Shown: in pieces, positions 44,125 to 55,246 of the stretch
Layout: the number at the start of each line of letters is the position of its first letter
How positions within the stretch are numbered: the first letter of the stretch is position 1
Virus record (IMG/VR): IMGVR_UViG_3300024999_000008
Location: 4,417 to 68,416 of that record
Strand: one strand, 5' to 3'
Source of the DNA: a virus
Length of the DNA stretch: 64,000 bases
Notes under the pieces: model-generated
What the model saw: only the letters and a program-made list of their open reading frames with translations
Database searches by the model: none
What the model was told of the DNA's origin: nothing
Translations under genes and position numbers: made by a program

Positions 44125-46010
44125 CAGTTCCTATTAAGATAACATATACTGGAGATATTTTTACTGGTAAGAATTTTGCCAAGCAAGCGAGAGTTCAAGT
44201 CGGTATGCTGAAAGACGATATGGCTCGACTTGGACTTAAACAAGGCAGGCGATTTGTACCTGTAGCTCCGGGTGTGACCATTGAGGCTCGATCTGTCTTT
44301 GGATTTGATGAAGCAAGGGTTCATGTCACACCTTTAGTTGAAAAGAAGTTTAGTAAACCAGTAACAATCAAAGAGCTTTATGAATGGTATTGGTATGCCA
44401 TAGCAGTTTCTATAGATACTACAGAGACTCTTATATCAGGAGGTGGATTATCAGATATTGATGTTGATCCAATTGGTAACGTAATTGTAGTTGGTTATAC
44501 TAGAACAAGAGATTTTACAGATGCTTCGTCAGAATTATCAAATGAAGCATACGTACAATATTATAATAATGATGGATTGTTTCAACGCCGTCGAGTATTG
44601 GAAGGTGGATTGTTAAGTGGAGTGAATCGTAATGAGTCAGGAACTGGAGTTGCAATTGACCCGACTGTTCCGACTGAACTTGATACTGATTATGGTGGTG
44701 TTTATGTCACAGCAGATATTTATAAGTTGCGAGATGATAATTGCTACGATATGAGTCTGATTAAATATGCTTCAGACGGTGTAACAATTAAGTGGAAGAA
44801 ACGATTTTCTCTTGGCACTACTGGAATTGATGATTTGTTCAGTTGGGGCGTTGATGCTGATGCTGCTGGTAATGCAGTAGTAATTGGCAGGCATGATGCC
44901 TATGATGAAAGTTATACTTTAATTTATAATGCTGCTTATGTTGCTTCTTTGCAATACGATGGTACACTAGGATGGACTCTACAACTTGGTGATTGTTTGC
45001 TTGATGAGTTTGGTGATCCGACTGTACAGAATATGGTTAATCCATATGATGTTGCTGTTAAGTCTACAGGAGACATTGTTATAGGTGGAAGTATTCAAGA
45101 GTCTACGACTAGCTCGATTCATCCGATGGGACTATTAACTAAACTTAATAGTAGTGGAGTTGTTCAGTGGCATCGAGTTCTTGAAGGAAGGTTCTTGCAA
45201 GCGAATGGACTTTACGGTTGGTATGGTGTTGGCACCAGCATGAGCGGACTGAGCATCAGAGGATGTGCTATTGACAGCAATGGAGATATTTACTGTGTTT
45301 CAATGGCAAAGATTGAAATTGCTACTGATAGTGGTTGGTGGCATTTTCATTTTTCTAAAGTATCTTCTGCTGGAGCATTGCAATGGCAAAGATTTGCAGA
45401 AGTGCAATACTATGATGATGCTGATGCGCTTCTTTGTGTTACTCAGTTAGATGTTGCTTTCGATGGAGTGTATATTATTTTCCCTAGTTTTCCCAATGGA
45501 ACTGATGGATGGGGTGCATATATAATTAAGTTCCAAAAGTCTGATTCTGTTAATCCATTAGCACCACAAGCAGGAGATGTTCTTTGGAAAAAACACATGG
45601 CCCTTGAACTTACTCAATCACAAGTTGCTGGAAATACAGGAGTCATTCCTAGAGCAATTAGAACTGTAGGTGCCGATATTTATTTTGCTGGATCAATAAT
45701 TGCTGATAAGTCTCCACTTACAGCTAAGCTTCCTGGTAGTGGTGGCTTTATTGGTAATCAAATGGGGTTGGTATTTACTAATCCGACTTTGTCAATTTAT
45801 GATGATCAAGCAAATATTCCTGTACATCAAGATCCTGGAGAAGGTGAAGGAACACCAGGATATGAGTTTACTTGGCACGATGATGTTACTGTTAATACGA
45901 CTACCGTGACAGCAACTATCTCAACACCAAGTGAAGGAGATTACGATTCACCACTCTGGACGCAAACAAATAAAATTATTAAGAAAACAATTTATACTCA
46001 AGGAGAATGA
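44121..46010 (+). CDS. beta-propeller virion protein
   Basis: Repeated D-x-x-GN/GD-hydrophobic and G-x-x-x-W blade motifs. Confidence 0.65.
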   Translation: MTVPIKITYTGDIFTGKNFAKQARVQVGMLKDDMARLGLKQGRRFVPVAPGVTIEARSVFGFDEARVHVTPLVEKKFSKPVTIKELYEWYWYAIAVSIDTTETLISGGGLSDIDVDPIGNVIVVGYTRTRDFTDASSELSNEAYVQYYNNDGLFQRRRVLEGGLLSGVNRNESGTGVAIDPTVPTELDTDYGGVYVTADIYKLRDDNCYDMSLIKYASDGVTIKWKKRFSLGTTGIDDLFSWGVDADAAGNAVVIGRHDAYDESYTLIYNAAYVASLQYDGTLGWTLQLGDCLLDEFGDPTVQNMVNPYDVAVKSTGDIVIGGSIQESTTSSIHPMGLLTKLNSSGVVQWHRVLEGRFLQANGLYGWYGVGTSMSGLSIRGCAIDSNGDIYCVSMAKIEIATDSGWWHFHFSKVSSAGALQWQRFAEVQYYDDADALLCVTQLDVAFDGVYIIFPSFPNGTDGWGAYIIKFQKSDSVNPLAPQAGDVLWKKHMALELTQSQVAGNTGVIPRAIRTVGADIYFAGSIIADKSPLTAKLPGSGGFIGNQMGLVFTNPTLSIYDDQANIPVHQDPGEGEGTPGYEFTWHDDVTVNTTTVTATISTPSEGDYDSPLWTQTNKIIKKTIYTQGE

Positions 46011-47089
46011 TTATGCTTAATGATTTTCAAACAGCAGCTGAAGAAGAGAAGAAAAAAAGAAAGTTGGCTCTTCTTCCTACTACGGATGAAGCATTTACAG
46101 GTGAAGCTTATAATGTTCCTGCACATATAAAAAAGCAAGCACCAATGACTCCTGGTGATCCAATGAATGAATCATTCTATGGTGGAAGTAATCCGTTAAA
46201 AAATATTAACTCTCGTCCTGATAGAATTGGGCAAGGAACTAGAATAGTTGAAAGAAATATGTTACCTTCAGTAAGTATTGAAGGTCCTAAGATTAATGAA
46301 ACTTCTAATGCACAAAGAGATGCAGAGTTAGGAGCAATGACTGTAGCAAAAAATGGAAATACAACCACTTATGATATTGGTGGAAATACTCTTTCATTTG
46401 AAGGAGAAAAACCTACTAGAGCATTAAGCAGGCTGGCTGGAACAAATCAAGGACAAATGTCAAACATGGATGTGTCATTTGATTCTAGTGTATCTCCTGA
46501 AGCAAGGAAAAGATTCTTAAAAAATCCTGTTGCTCCGACTGGACAGATGGCACAATATGAAAAGTATATGAACACTCCGCGAGGGCAGAATTTTGGTGTT
46601 ACTAAGATTGATAATACTCCTGCACCTCCTATGGGATGGAGAACACGTAAGGATCTTATGATACAAGATTTATCTAATCAGCAATCAAGAGAAAATAATT
46701 TAGCTAATCTTGAAGAACAAAGACAGCGATTTATTATAGATAAAGATAAAAATCGTATTGATGAGCAAGGAGTTATTGCAGAAAATAAGTTACGTGTTAT
46801 TCAAGGAGAGGTATTGCAGAATCCTCCGATTAAAGAAGCTAGATTAAAGCCTATGATAATTGAGGAATCTGATCCTATTGATCCTACTGGAAATACTAAA
46901 AGACAAAGACTTCTAATGCCAAATGCTGACGAGACTGGATATGTTGATGGATCACCAGAGCAACTTGAGCAACCAAGGGAACTTCCAGAAAATCATCCTG
47001 CACTTGCTTACTTACGAAATAATCCTCAAACAGCCGCTAAGTTTAAAGCAAGATATAAGTATTTACCATCTTGGGCAGAAGGTAAATAA
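46007..47089 (+). CDS. putative ejection/internal virion protein
   Basis: 360 aa hydrophilic, directly upstream of the giant protein. Confidence 0.5.
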   Translation: MIMLNDFQTAAEEEKKKRKLALLPTTDEAFTGEAYNVPAHIKKQAPMTPGDPMNESFYGGSNPLKNINSRPDRIGQGTRIVERNMLPSVSIEGPKINETSNAQRDAELGAMTVAKNGNTTTYDIGGNTLSFEGEKPTRALSRLAGTNQGQMSNMDVSFDSSVSPEARKRFLKNPVAPTGQMAQYEKYMNTPRGQNFGVTKIDNTPAPPMGWRTRKDLMIQDLSNQQSRENNLANLEEQRQRFIIDKDKNRIDEQGVIAENKLRVIQGEVLQNPPIKEARLKPMIIEESDPIDPTGNTKRQRLLMPNADETGYVDGSPEQLEQPRELPENHPALAYLRNNPQTAAKFKARYKYLPSWAEGK

Positions 47090-47125
47090 TTTATATTATT
47101 AATATAGTTATAAGGAATATTAAAT

Positions 47126-50100
47126 ATGGATATAAATCCTTACGATCAGTTTGATGATGCAGAAGAAGATCCTTATGCTCAGTTTGATTCTTTCGATAAT
47201 CCTGTGCCTGAACGTACTTTAGGTTCTACATTAAAAGACACTGGTATATCTCTTGCTAAAGGTGTTATTGGGGCAGGCCAAGGAATTGTAGGCCTTGCTG
47301 ATATTCCAACTGGTGGTAGAGTTGGTCGTGGACTTGAATCCATTGGGATAAAACCAGAAGAATGGCAGAAAGATCTTTCTGAAGAATATTCTCCAGCACA
47401 ACAAGAGGCAAATAAAAAGGTTGATGCGGCAAAAGGCTTTGCTGATACAGCACAAGCAATGTTGGAAAATCCAAGTACTATTGCTCATGGTATTGTTGAG
47501 ACATTGCCATCTGTTGCTGCTGGTGGTGTGTTGGGGCGTGGTGCTCTTGCGCTTAGTAGCAAAATATTACCAAAGGCTGTAACTGCATTAGGCAAAACAG
47601 GATCGACTATTGCTGCTGGATCAGTTGGTGAGGGTGCAATATCTGCTGGACAAACTGCAGAGCAAATAAGAAATGCTACGCCTAATGATCTTTTGACTGC
47701 TGAACAATCTGCACTTGCAGCAGCATCAGGATTAGGAACAGCAGCTTTTGGTCTAGTCGGTGGATCGTTAGCTAAGAAACTTGGTTTTGCTGATATTGAT
47801 ACAATGATAGTTTCTGGATTAAATCCTGCTAAGAAGGAAGGATTTAAAGGTGTTGTGAAATCTATTATTGGTGGTGGTATAACTGAGGGTGTATTTGAGG
47901 AATTACCACAAACTGTTCAGGAGACAATATTTACTAATGCAGCTCTTGATAAGCCTTTGCTGGATGGAGTTCCTGAAGGAGCTGCACAAGCTATTATTCT
48001 TGGCGGAGTAATGGGAGCTGGGGCAAATTTACTTCCAGGAGTAAATAAGACAGCTGAAAAGACTGAGCAAGAATTAGAACTTGACAGAAGAGCAGCAAAT
48101 ATTCTCAATTTGAAAGAGGATGAACTTGGTAAGAGTGTTCAAACTTTAAATGAAAATATTAAGTCGAATCAAGAACTCATTAATGATCTTGATAAACTTG
48201 AAACAAAAGCAAGAGAAGAAAATGTTGATCCGGCTGAATTAATCAGAAAGACTCTTGAGGAAAATAAAAATAATCAAAGCCTCCTGGATCGGATTAATTC
48301 TGGAATTCAGAAGAAAGAAGAACTTGCTAAGAAAGAGTATGAAGCACTTTCTCCTGAAGAGAAGGAAGTAAAAGAAATTGAAGATAAGTTAGCTACTCAC
48401 AGGTATGAATCTGCAAGCCAACTTAATGAAAGGATTACAAATATTGATAATGAGATTACAACTCTCTCTGATCAATATAATAAAAAGTTTGATCCGTATT
48501 CATTAGATGCTAAAACTTCACCAAGTGCAGAAGAAAGAAAAGTAATTGAAGATAAACTTATTCAATTAAACAAACGGCGTAATGAGTTACTTGATAAAGA
48601 ACTGCCTGAAGTTAAGAAGGCTTTTGCTCCATACACTACTAGAGAAGATAGGCAGAAGTATCTTGAAGAACTTTTCGGAACAGTAAATGTAGGAGAGAAG
48701 GTTGGGCTTGAAAAAGATGCTGCTGAATCTGCACAAATTATAGCAAGTGAAATAGTTCCAAAATCTATAGCTGATTATGCAAATCAAATAATTGCAAATA
48801 AGTCTCAAGAGCAATCAGCTTTAAATGATCAGGTATCTTCAAGAACTCCTGAAGAAGAACATAATCTAAGACAGATTGAAGATTATGTAAATTATGTAAA
48901 GGCCTATATAAACAACAGTTTTACTCCTGAAGAAAGAAAGGTTATTGAAAATTATTGGCAGGGCGTTAAAAAGGAATTGAATCTTCGCCAGGAAGAAATG
49001 ACTCCTGGGACAGAAGCATTTATGAGGAAGAAATTCTTTGAGACACAACTTGCTAATATTGAAGGTAATGTCAAAAGTGATACAGCAGCTCAAAGTGAAG
49101 CAAAACAAAATGTTGTTCCGTCTTTAACTGAACAAAATAAACGACAAGTATGGTTTCAACAAATTGCTAAAGATCTCGGAGATGTTCAGATAGCAAATAG
49201 ACAGGCAGTTGAACCTGAGATTCCTAGAAACTTGCCAGGAGGTTTGCCGAGTGGGTTCACTAATGAACGGCAAGTAGGTAGTGTTACACAGTTTCAAGCA
49301 ACTGAAAATCAAGATGCCTTAACCAAAGTAAATCTTGAAGATATTAAGAAAGCTTTTCCAAATCAAACAATCACTCAGCATGAAAATGGTTCAGTATTTG
49401 TTCAGTTCAAAAATGGTCAAGGCTTAACAATCAATAGCATTCAGGCTGCTGGACAAGACCTCATTAAGTTAGCAATTGAAACTGGCCAGATGTCAAAGGA
49501 TGGAAAGATCCTTGGAATTACAATAGGGAATGAAATTCTTCTAGACCAGAACTTTGCAGACAATAAGACTCTTTGGCATGAGAACAAGCATGTCCTTGAC
49601 AACTTAGGATTGGTTACAGAAGCAGATAATAGTGCTTTGAATAAGGAGTTTAATAAACTTCGTAAAGCAGGTAAGCTTGATTTTGCCCTGAGTACTCACA
49701 AAGACCCGAAGCAAAGGATGGTTGAAAATCGTGCGAACATGTTTGCTCAGATTATGGTCAACAGAGCTGAATACAGAAACACTGCTTTCGGTAAAGTGAT
49801 TCAACGAGTAATGGACTTTTTTCAGCAATTGCTAAGTTTTGGCAAGCAGACTGTTTCTGGCCTGGCTCGTGAAGTAGAAAGTGGAAAGATTTATGAGCGT
49901 CAAGTTAATGGACAAACTGTTCAAGTTACTGTTCCTCAGGCTGAAGAAGTAGCAAACAAATGGTACTCAGCACTTGAGAATGCAGTTGCTGGATTTAACC
50001 AGAAGCAAGCAACACCTGATCAATGGAAAGGAATGATTAAGAACTTTCCAGGAATTAAGCAGGATGAACTTGATTGGGTTGGTTTATATGATTGGCTTGA

Positions 50101-53100
50101 TAAACAGGAAGGAAAAGTTAGCCAGGCAGAATTGTTGAAGTTTGTTCAGGAGAATAATATTCAGCTTGAAGAAGTTGTTAAAGGTTGGACTGTAGATAAA
50201 GAACGAAGATTAGATGAGCTTGATAATAAGTTACGAGAAACTGGTAATTTATCTGTTGATGAACAAGATGAATATAATAGTTTAATTAATGAAGAATCTT
50301 TACCAAAAACATCAGGAGTTGCCACAGAACATGAAAATTATCAACTTCCTGGAGGAAAGAATTATAAAGAATTAATATTAACTTTACCAGCAAGGCAAGA
50401 TAAAAGTACTTATACTCATGAAGTTCATTGGCCTGGTGTTGTAAATCCTTTAGTTCATATCAGGTTCAATGAACGAGAAGTTATTAAAACTCTTAATGAT
50501 TTACGTGAAGAAGATCGTAGAGCTGTTGCAGCTGGTGAAAAATCTGCTTCTTCGTTTGGGGTAGGAGAATTACAAAAGGTTTTGTTTATTGAAGAGATTC
50601 AAAGTGATTGGCATCAGGCAGGAAGAGAAATAGGTTATAAAGAACTGTTAGATAAACGATTTAAAGAGCTAGATGCAAAAATATTATCCGGAGAAAAACT
50701 TACTGAAGAAGAAAAGAAATGGTATCAAGATAATGAAATGCTAATGGGTGTTCCCAATGCGCCATTCAAGAACTCCACTCAATGGTCACTACTTGCCATG
50801 AAGCGAATGGTCAGGTATGCTGCTGAGAATGGTTTTGATAAGATTGCATGGACTACTGGGCAGCAACAGTTTGATCGTTACGCTCAAGGCACTGAAGAAG
50901 AAAAGGCTAAAAGACTTCATGGGATGCAAGAATTTTATGATAAAATACTCCCGAATACTTTTAATGCAGAGTTCAATAAGAACAAGTGGGGTAATGCAAG
51001 AGTTGAAACTACATCAATCGAAGTAGATACAAGTGCTTATCATGCAGGAGATAATATATTTTTTGATGCATTATCTATTCCAATCACGAACCGCATGAAA
51101 TCTAAGGCACTCCGTGAAGGTATGCCTATGTTCGAGGTTCGTGAAACCCCAGTGCAGAAGATTAGCGATGAGGAATATCAACAACGATATAAAGATAAGA
51201 ATAATATAGTTCGTAGAATCGGAAAGACTCTTCACATGAGGGCTAGTGAAGTTAAGCAGTTTATAGATAAATTTGGAGGATCATCCTATACAAGATTGTT
51301 AAATGTAGATAAGCAACTTGCAATGGAGTATAGAAACATAGACATTAAAACAGCCAGAGAAATTACTCATGCCCTTAAAGCAGCACATCCATTGCTAGAA
51401 AAAATTAAGTTAATGAGTAAAGAAGATCAATTTATTTGGAATGAAGCTACGCAATCAGCAGATAAAATTAAGATTGAAAAGCTAGCCACTAAATATAATA
51501 TGATTAATGAATGGCAAGAAGTTAGAAAAGTTTTAGATCAAATACATAAAAATGCTGAAGATGTAGGTTATAAAGTTGGCTATATAGAAGAATATTGGCC
51601 ACGAATAATTAAAGATGTTGCTGGATTTTTACAAGCCACTAAAGATATATCTAACCAACCAGAATTTAGTAATCTTTTAGATAAGGAAGCTGCAAAGATT
51701 GGATTGGATAAAGAAAATTTTATTCGTAACTATCCAGAAAGAGCAGCAGATTTGATTAGTCATAAAATTCTTAATCCTGGTTTTGGTATTGGAGGCCCTG
51801 GTAACATTCAATCAAGAAAGTATGATATTGTTGATAAAGATTTAGCTCAGTTTTACATGGATAGTAATGCAGCATTAATGAGCTATATCTATAGCATGAC
51901 TAAAAAAATAGAAGCTAGAAAATTCTTTGGAAAAGTTCCTCCGAGAATAGCTGGCCTTAAGGCAGATAGGTCACGTAAAGAAGCAAGAATTAGAGAACTG
52001 GAATTGGTTGCTAAAAATGCACGTGATATTAATCCAGCAGAAGCAGCTATAGCTAATAAGACAATAGATGATTTGTCTGGAGAAATAATTCAAATCGAAC
52101 AAATTTTAGATGAATACAAATATCAAGATCGCGATTATACTGAAAATATTGGAGCATATGTAACAGAAAAAATCTTATCAGGAGAATTAAATCAAGATCA
52201 TGAACATATGGTTAAGGAGATTCTACATGCTAGATTTAACGAGCATGGAACAACTGGCTTAGTTACTGCCTTTAAGAATGCATCTTACATTGATGTATTG
52301 GGATCGCCATTAGCAGCTGTAACACAGATTGGTGATCATGCTTGGGCGATGTATGTAGCTCAAGTCTGGACACCTAAAGGACTGGCTAACTATATTAAAA
52401 ATGCTGCAAAAGCTACAAGTGGACAATTTAAAACTACTAAGAAACTATTTGGTGGATCAGAAATTACAAAAGAAGATCTATACCTAGATCGAATAGCTCA
52501 AGAATTTGCAGATGGAACTACTTTAAGCAATGCAGTCAGTTGGGTTTTTAGAAAAGTTGGTCTTGAAAAAATGGATTCAATCGGCAAAGAGACATTAATT
52601 AACGTAGCTCATGATCGCTATAAACAAATGGCTAGTTCAGATGCAGGAAGGGCAAAATTAATGACACAGCTTAAGCCAATTTTTGGGCCTTCCTCAGAGT
52701 CAGTAATTAATGATTTGCTATCAAACAACCCGAGTGATAATGTAAAGATGTTACTGTATCATAAAGTGTTGGACTTTCATCCGGTTGCTTTATCTTCAAT
52801 GCCTACACCATACTTAAATGGTGGAAACGGTAGAGTAGCTTATATGCTCAAGACATATACTATTCAACAGTTTGATGTCTTCCGTAGAGAAGCTTGGCAC
52901 AATATGAAGAATGGTTATATGAATGCTCAAGAAAACGGATATAATGAGAGTAATAAAGCACAAATTATTGAAGGTATAACTAATATGATTAAGCTGGCAA
53001 GTTTATTAGTACTTGCCAATGCTGGTGCGGATGAGATTAAAGATTGGATGCTGGGGAAAGAAACAAAGTTTAGTGATAATGTAATTGAGAATTTCTTAGT

Positions 53101-53638
53101 TCTTGGTGGCGCTTCTAGATATATTAGAACTAAAGTTAGTCAAGAAGGTATAGGCAGTGGAATTGCTAGTCAATTAATGCCTCCATTTAGATTTTTTAAT
53201 TCTGCTACTAAGGATGTAGGAGAAACTTATGACAATTATATAGCTGGTGATACAATGAACTTTAATCATGCTAGAATAATTGAATCTATACCAGGGATGG
53301 GTAAGTTGTATTATTGGCATTGGGGAAGAGGAGCTGACTATAAGAAGAGTGGTAACGAGCAAGAGTTTAGTAAGGTTGGAAAGGAGGTAACGCTATTCAA
53401 GAGACAGCTCGAAAACTCTGAAGATAAGAGAACTTTCTTGAACTCAAACCTGGATGGGTTCAAGCAAATGAAGTTGCATGAAAATTTTCAAAGTGCTCTC
53501 AACCGGAACCAGGCAGTAATTAATAAGTTGAAAAAGATTGATCAGACAACAAATGTTCGGGAAAGGCTTGGGCAGTTGCAGCAGCAACGGGAAATGATAT
53601 TGAAAAGATATTTTGAAGTTACAGATATGGGGCAATAA
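47126..53638 (+). CDS. giant ejection / large polyvalent protein
   Basis: 2170 aa; Gly/Ala-rich N-terminus, coiled-coil, HENKH zincin motif, WYSALE...GIKQDELDW...LFIEEIQSDWHQ domain. Confidence 0.7.
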   Translation: MDINPYDQFDDAEEDPYAQFDSFDNPVPERTLGSTLKDTGISLAKGVIGAGQGIVGLADIPTGGRVGRGLESIGIKPEEWQKDLSEEYSPAQQEANKKVDAAKGFADTAQAMLENPSTIAHGIVETLPSVAAGGVLGRGALALSSKILPKAVTALGKTGSTIAAGSVGEGAISAGQTAEQIRNATPNDLLTAEQSALAAASGLGTAAFGLVGGSLAKKLGFADIDTMIVSGLNPAKKEGFKGVVKSIIGGGITEGVFEELPQTVQETIFTNAALDKPLLDGVPEGAAQAIILGGVMGAGANLLPGVNKTAEKTEQELELDRRAANILNLKEDELGKSVQTLNENIKSNQELINDLDKLETKAREENVDPAELIRKTLEENKNNQSLLDRINSGIQKKEELAKKEYEALSPEEKEVKEIEDKLATHRYESASQLNERITNIDNEITTLSDQYNKKFDPYSLDAKTSPSAEERKVIEDKLIQLNKRRNELLDKELPEVKKAFAPYTTREDRQKYLEELFGTVNVGEKVGLEKDAAESAQIIASEIVPKSIADYANQIIANKSQEQSALNDQVSSRTPEEEHNLRQIEDYVNYVKAYINNSFTPEERKVIENYWQGVKKELNLRQEEMTPGTEAFMRKKFFETQLANIEGNVKSDTAAQSEAKQNVVPSLTEQNKRQVWFQQIAKDLGDVQIANRQAVEPEIPRNLPGGLPSGFTNERQVGSVTQFQATENQDALTKVNLEDIKKAFPNQTITQHENGSVFVQFKNGQGLTINSIQAAGQDLIKLAIETGQMSKDGKILGITIGNEILLDQNFADNKTLWHENKHVLDNLGLVTEADNSALNKEFNKLRKAGKLDFALSTHKDPKQRMVENRANMFAQIMVNRAEYRNTAFGKVIQRVMDFFQQLLSFGKQTVSGLAREVESGKIYERQVNGQTVQVTVPQAEEVANKWYSALENAVAGFNQKQATPDQWKGMIKNFPGIKQDELDWVGLYDWLDKQEGKVSQAELLKFVQENNIQLEEVVKGWTVDKERRLDELDNKLRETGNLSVDEQDEYNSLINEESLPKTSGVATEHENYQLPGGKNYKELILTLPARQDKSTYTHEVHWPGVVNPLVHIRFNEREVIKTLNDLREEDRRAVAAGEKSASSFGVGELQKVLFIEEIQSDWHQAGREIGYKELLDKRFKELDAKILSGEKLTEEEKKWYQDNEMLMGVPNAPFKNSTQWSLLAMKRMVRYAAENGFDKIAWTTGQQQFDRYAQGTEEEKAKRLHGMQEFYDKILPNTFNAEFNKNKWGNARVETTSIEVDTSAYHAGDNIFFDALSIPITNRMKSKALREGMPMFEVRETPVQKISDEEYQQRYKDKNNIVRRIGKTLHMRASEVKQFIDKFGGSSYTRLLNVDKQLAMEYRNIDIKTAREITHALKAAHPLLEKIKLMSKEDQFIWNEATQSADKIKIEKLATKYNMINEWQEVRKVLDQIHKNAEDVGYKVGYIEEYWPRIIKDVAGFLQATKDISNQPEFSNLLDKEAAKIGLDKENFIRNYPERAADLISHKILNPGFGIGGPGNIQSRKYDIVDKDLAQFYMDSNAALMSYIYSMTKKIEARKFFGKVPPRIAGLKADRSRKEARIRELELVAKNARDINPAEAAIANKTIDDLSGEIIQIEQILDEYKYQDRDYTENIGAYVTEKILSGELNQDHEHMVKEILHARFNEHGTTGLVTAFKNASYIDVLGSPLAAVTQIGDHAWAMYVAQVWTPKGLANYIKNAAKATSGQFKTTKKLFGGSEITKEDLYLDRIAQEFADGTTLSNAVSWVFRKVGLEKMDSIGKETLINVAHDRYKQMASSDAGRAKLMTQLKPIFGPSSESVINDLLSNNPSDNVKMLLYHKVLDFHPVALSSMPTPYLNGGNGRVAYMLKTYTIQQFDVFRREAWHNMKNGYMNAQENGYNESNKAQIIEGITNMIKLASLLVLANAGADEIKDWMLGKETKFSDNVIENFLVLGGASRYIRTKVSQEGIGSGIASQLMPPFRFFNSATKDVGETYDNYIAGDTMNFNHARIIESIPGMGKLYYWHWGRGADYKKSGNEQEFSKVGKEVTLFKRQLENSEDKRTFLNSNLDGFKQMKLHENFQSALNRNQAVINKLKKIDQTTNVRERLGQLQQQREMILKRYFEVTDMGQ

Positions 53639-53644
53639 AAATGA

Positions 53645-53686
53645 AGAGCCAGAACTTACAAATTAACGTAGGTTCTGGCTTTGTTT
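53645..53686. terminator. terminator between convergent arms
   Basis: AGAGCCAGAACTTAC-loop-GTAGGTTCTGGCTTT then GTTTT. Confidence 0.75.
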
Positions 53687-54282
53687 TAACTCTGCAGTAA
53701 GTCCCAAATCTGTACAGCCAACGAATATTTATAAGGCTTTAACAGGTGGGGATTTATCATATAGGAAAACTTTTCAGGCGTTATAAATGGAGTCTTTAGT
53801 TGGCTTAATTCTTCTACAGGAAGTTCAAATGGAATAATCTTTCTAATTAATCCTGCCTTTTGCAATGCTGCCAGCCTTTGATAAGTTGTGCCCATCTTAG
53901 ACTTGTCATAACTTTCAAATTGCCTCATCACAGCAATCCCAAGTTCTGGATCAGAGTTTTCTTTGATCTCATTGAATAAAAGTCCTGTGGCTCTTGGCAC
54001 AGACAAGATTAGGTCAAAGATATCCATGTATGTTTTCCTTGAATTGTTTCTTCTATATGGTCCGATCATTCCAAACGGAGCATAGTTTTCCTTAGCTATG
54101 GATTGCCTAGTTACTTTGTAGATGGAATTATCGTTTGAATAGAAACTGATTGTTTTTGCTAAGTGATTTTCTTCCATAATAAATGAGGTGAAAAGGTTTA
54201 TCGGAACTTCACTATAAGGGATTTTACCATAGTGGTGGAAAAATTTCAACCTTTTTTGGTGCCTTTGGTCGAAAAATTTCAA
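53686..54282 (-). CDS. RepL-like winged-helix protein (start uncertain, possibly 54177)
   Basis: TTYQRLAALQKAGLIRKI...YMINPHLL. Confidence 0.5.
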   Translation of the reverse strand: MKFFDQRHQKRLKFFHHYGKIPYSEVPINLFTSFIMEENHLAKTISFYSNDNSIYKVTRQSIAKENYAPFGMIGPYRRNNSRKTYMDIFDLILSVPRATGLLFNEIKENSDPELGIAVMRQFESYDKSKMGTTYQRLAALQKAGLIRKIIPFELPVEELSQLKTPFITPEKFSYMINPHLLKPYKYSLAVQIWDLLQS

Positions 54283-54287
54283 CCTTT
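54238..54287 (+). repeat. 17-bp direct repeat with 33-bp period
   Basis: GAAAAATTTCAACCTTT at 54238 and 54271. Confidence 0.85.
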
Positions 54288-54378
54288 AAAATCCCGATAA
54301 CCCTTTGAAAACACTACAAAAAACACGAGTTAGCCTACCCAAATAAACGCATACTAGTATATAAAGGCCACCCGCTTT

Positions 54379-55242
54379 TCATAGAAAACTTTCCCAAGGC
54401 ATCATATTCATTACTCGCTGCATATCAGGATGAGCTGCTTTAGCTGTACGTAGCTTTCTGATATGTGACCATTCAGTTGCATCTGCTGTGACTACGATCT
54501 CAGTCTTCAGGGCATTGGGCAGAACTGCTCGGGCTTGTTGGGGCTTGAGATTTTCTTCGAGAAGCTGTTTATACGTATCCTCTGCATTTTCACATAATGT
54601 ACAAAACATGCTTTGAGCAAACCAATCCCAATCCTCAAACCCAGTTGGCTCAATAAACTCCATATCCTTACCACCATAATTTACATACCTCGTGCTCTCC
54701 TGAGCAAACGAACATGGCCTGTGTCTTACCAACTCATGACTGACTCCACGATCACAGATGAATTTTGCTGAATAGCGGTGGAGTTGCTTGGGGATTTCGT
54801 CGTGAGGACAGATTTCCCAAGATGAGTGAATCGCTACCATGCTTTGATCAAACAGCTTTCCATATGTTTTTACAAAAGGAACAAGCACTGCAGCATATCT
54901 AATTTCCATAGTAACTTGCGCCCATGCTGTTAAACTGCCACCTACATAGATATAGTCTTTCCATACTTTTACATTAATATATTTTCCTAACTGTTCTGTC
55001 ATTAATGCAATATACGCAGGAGTGAAACTGTTGTTAGTTCGCACTACAAAGTTTGAGTGTTCAACCATAGCCAGATGTCCAGCCTTGATCAGCTTCTTGA
55101 CAAATCCTTCTGCACTATCTTCAGTAATCTTATCTTCTGACTTGTAACAAGTTCTGCCTGCCATCTCGATGAATTTAAGTGCTGCATTATATTCAGTTGG
55201 TACTGCTCCAAAATATTGAACTCTTGGTTTGATTATTTTCAT
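54379..55242 (-). CDS. thyX: FAD-dependent thymidylate synthase
   Basis: AGRTCYKS, GHLAMVEH, RGVSHELVRHRPCSFAQESTRY (RHRx7S), ARAVLP. Confidence 0.95.
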   Translation of the reverse strand: MKIIKPRVQYFGAVPTEYNAALKFIEMAGRTCYKSEDKITEDSAEGFVKKLIKAGHLAMVEHSNFVVRTNNSFTPAYIALMTEQLGKYINVKVWKDYIYVGGSLTAWAQVTMEIRYAAVLVPFVKTYGKLFDQSMVAIHSSWEICPHDEIPKQLHRYSAKFICDRGVSHELVRHRPCSFAQESTRYVNYGGKDMEFIEPTGFEDWDWFAQSMFCTLCENAEDTYKQLLEENLKPQQARAVLPNALKTEIVVTADATEWSHIRKLRTAKAAHPDMQRVMNMMPWESFL

Positions 55243-55246
55243 ATTC

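Noticed and set aside
28781-46010. Diversity-generating retroelement or invertible tail-fiber switch
   Set aside because: No reverse transcriptase, invertase or template/variable repeat pair was seen.
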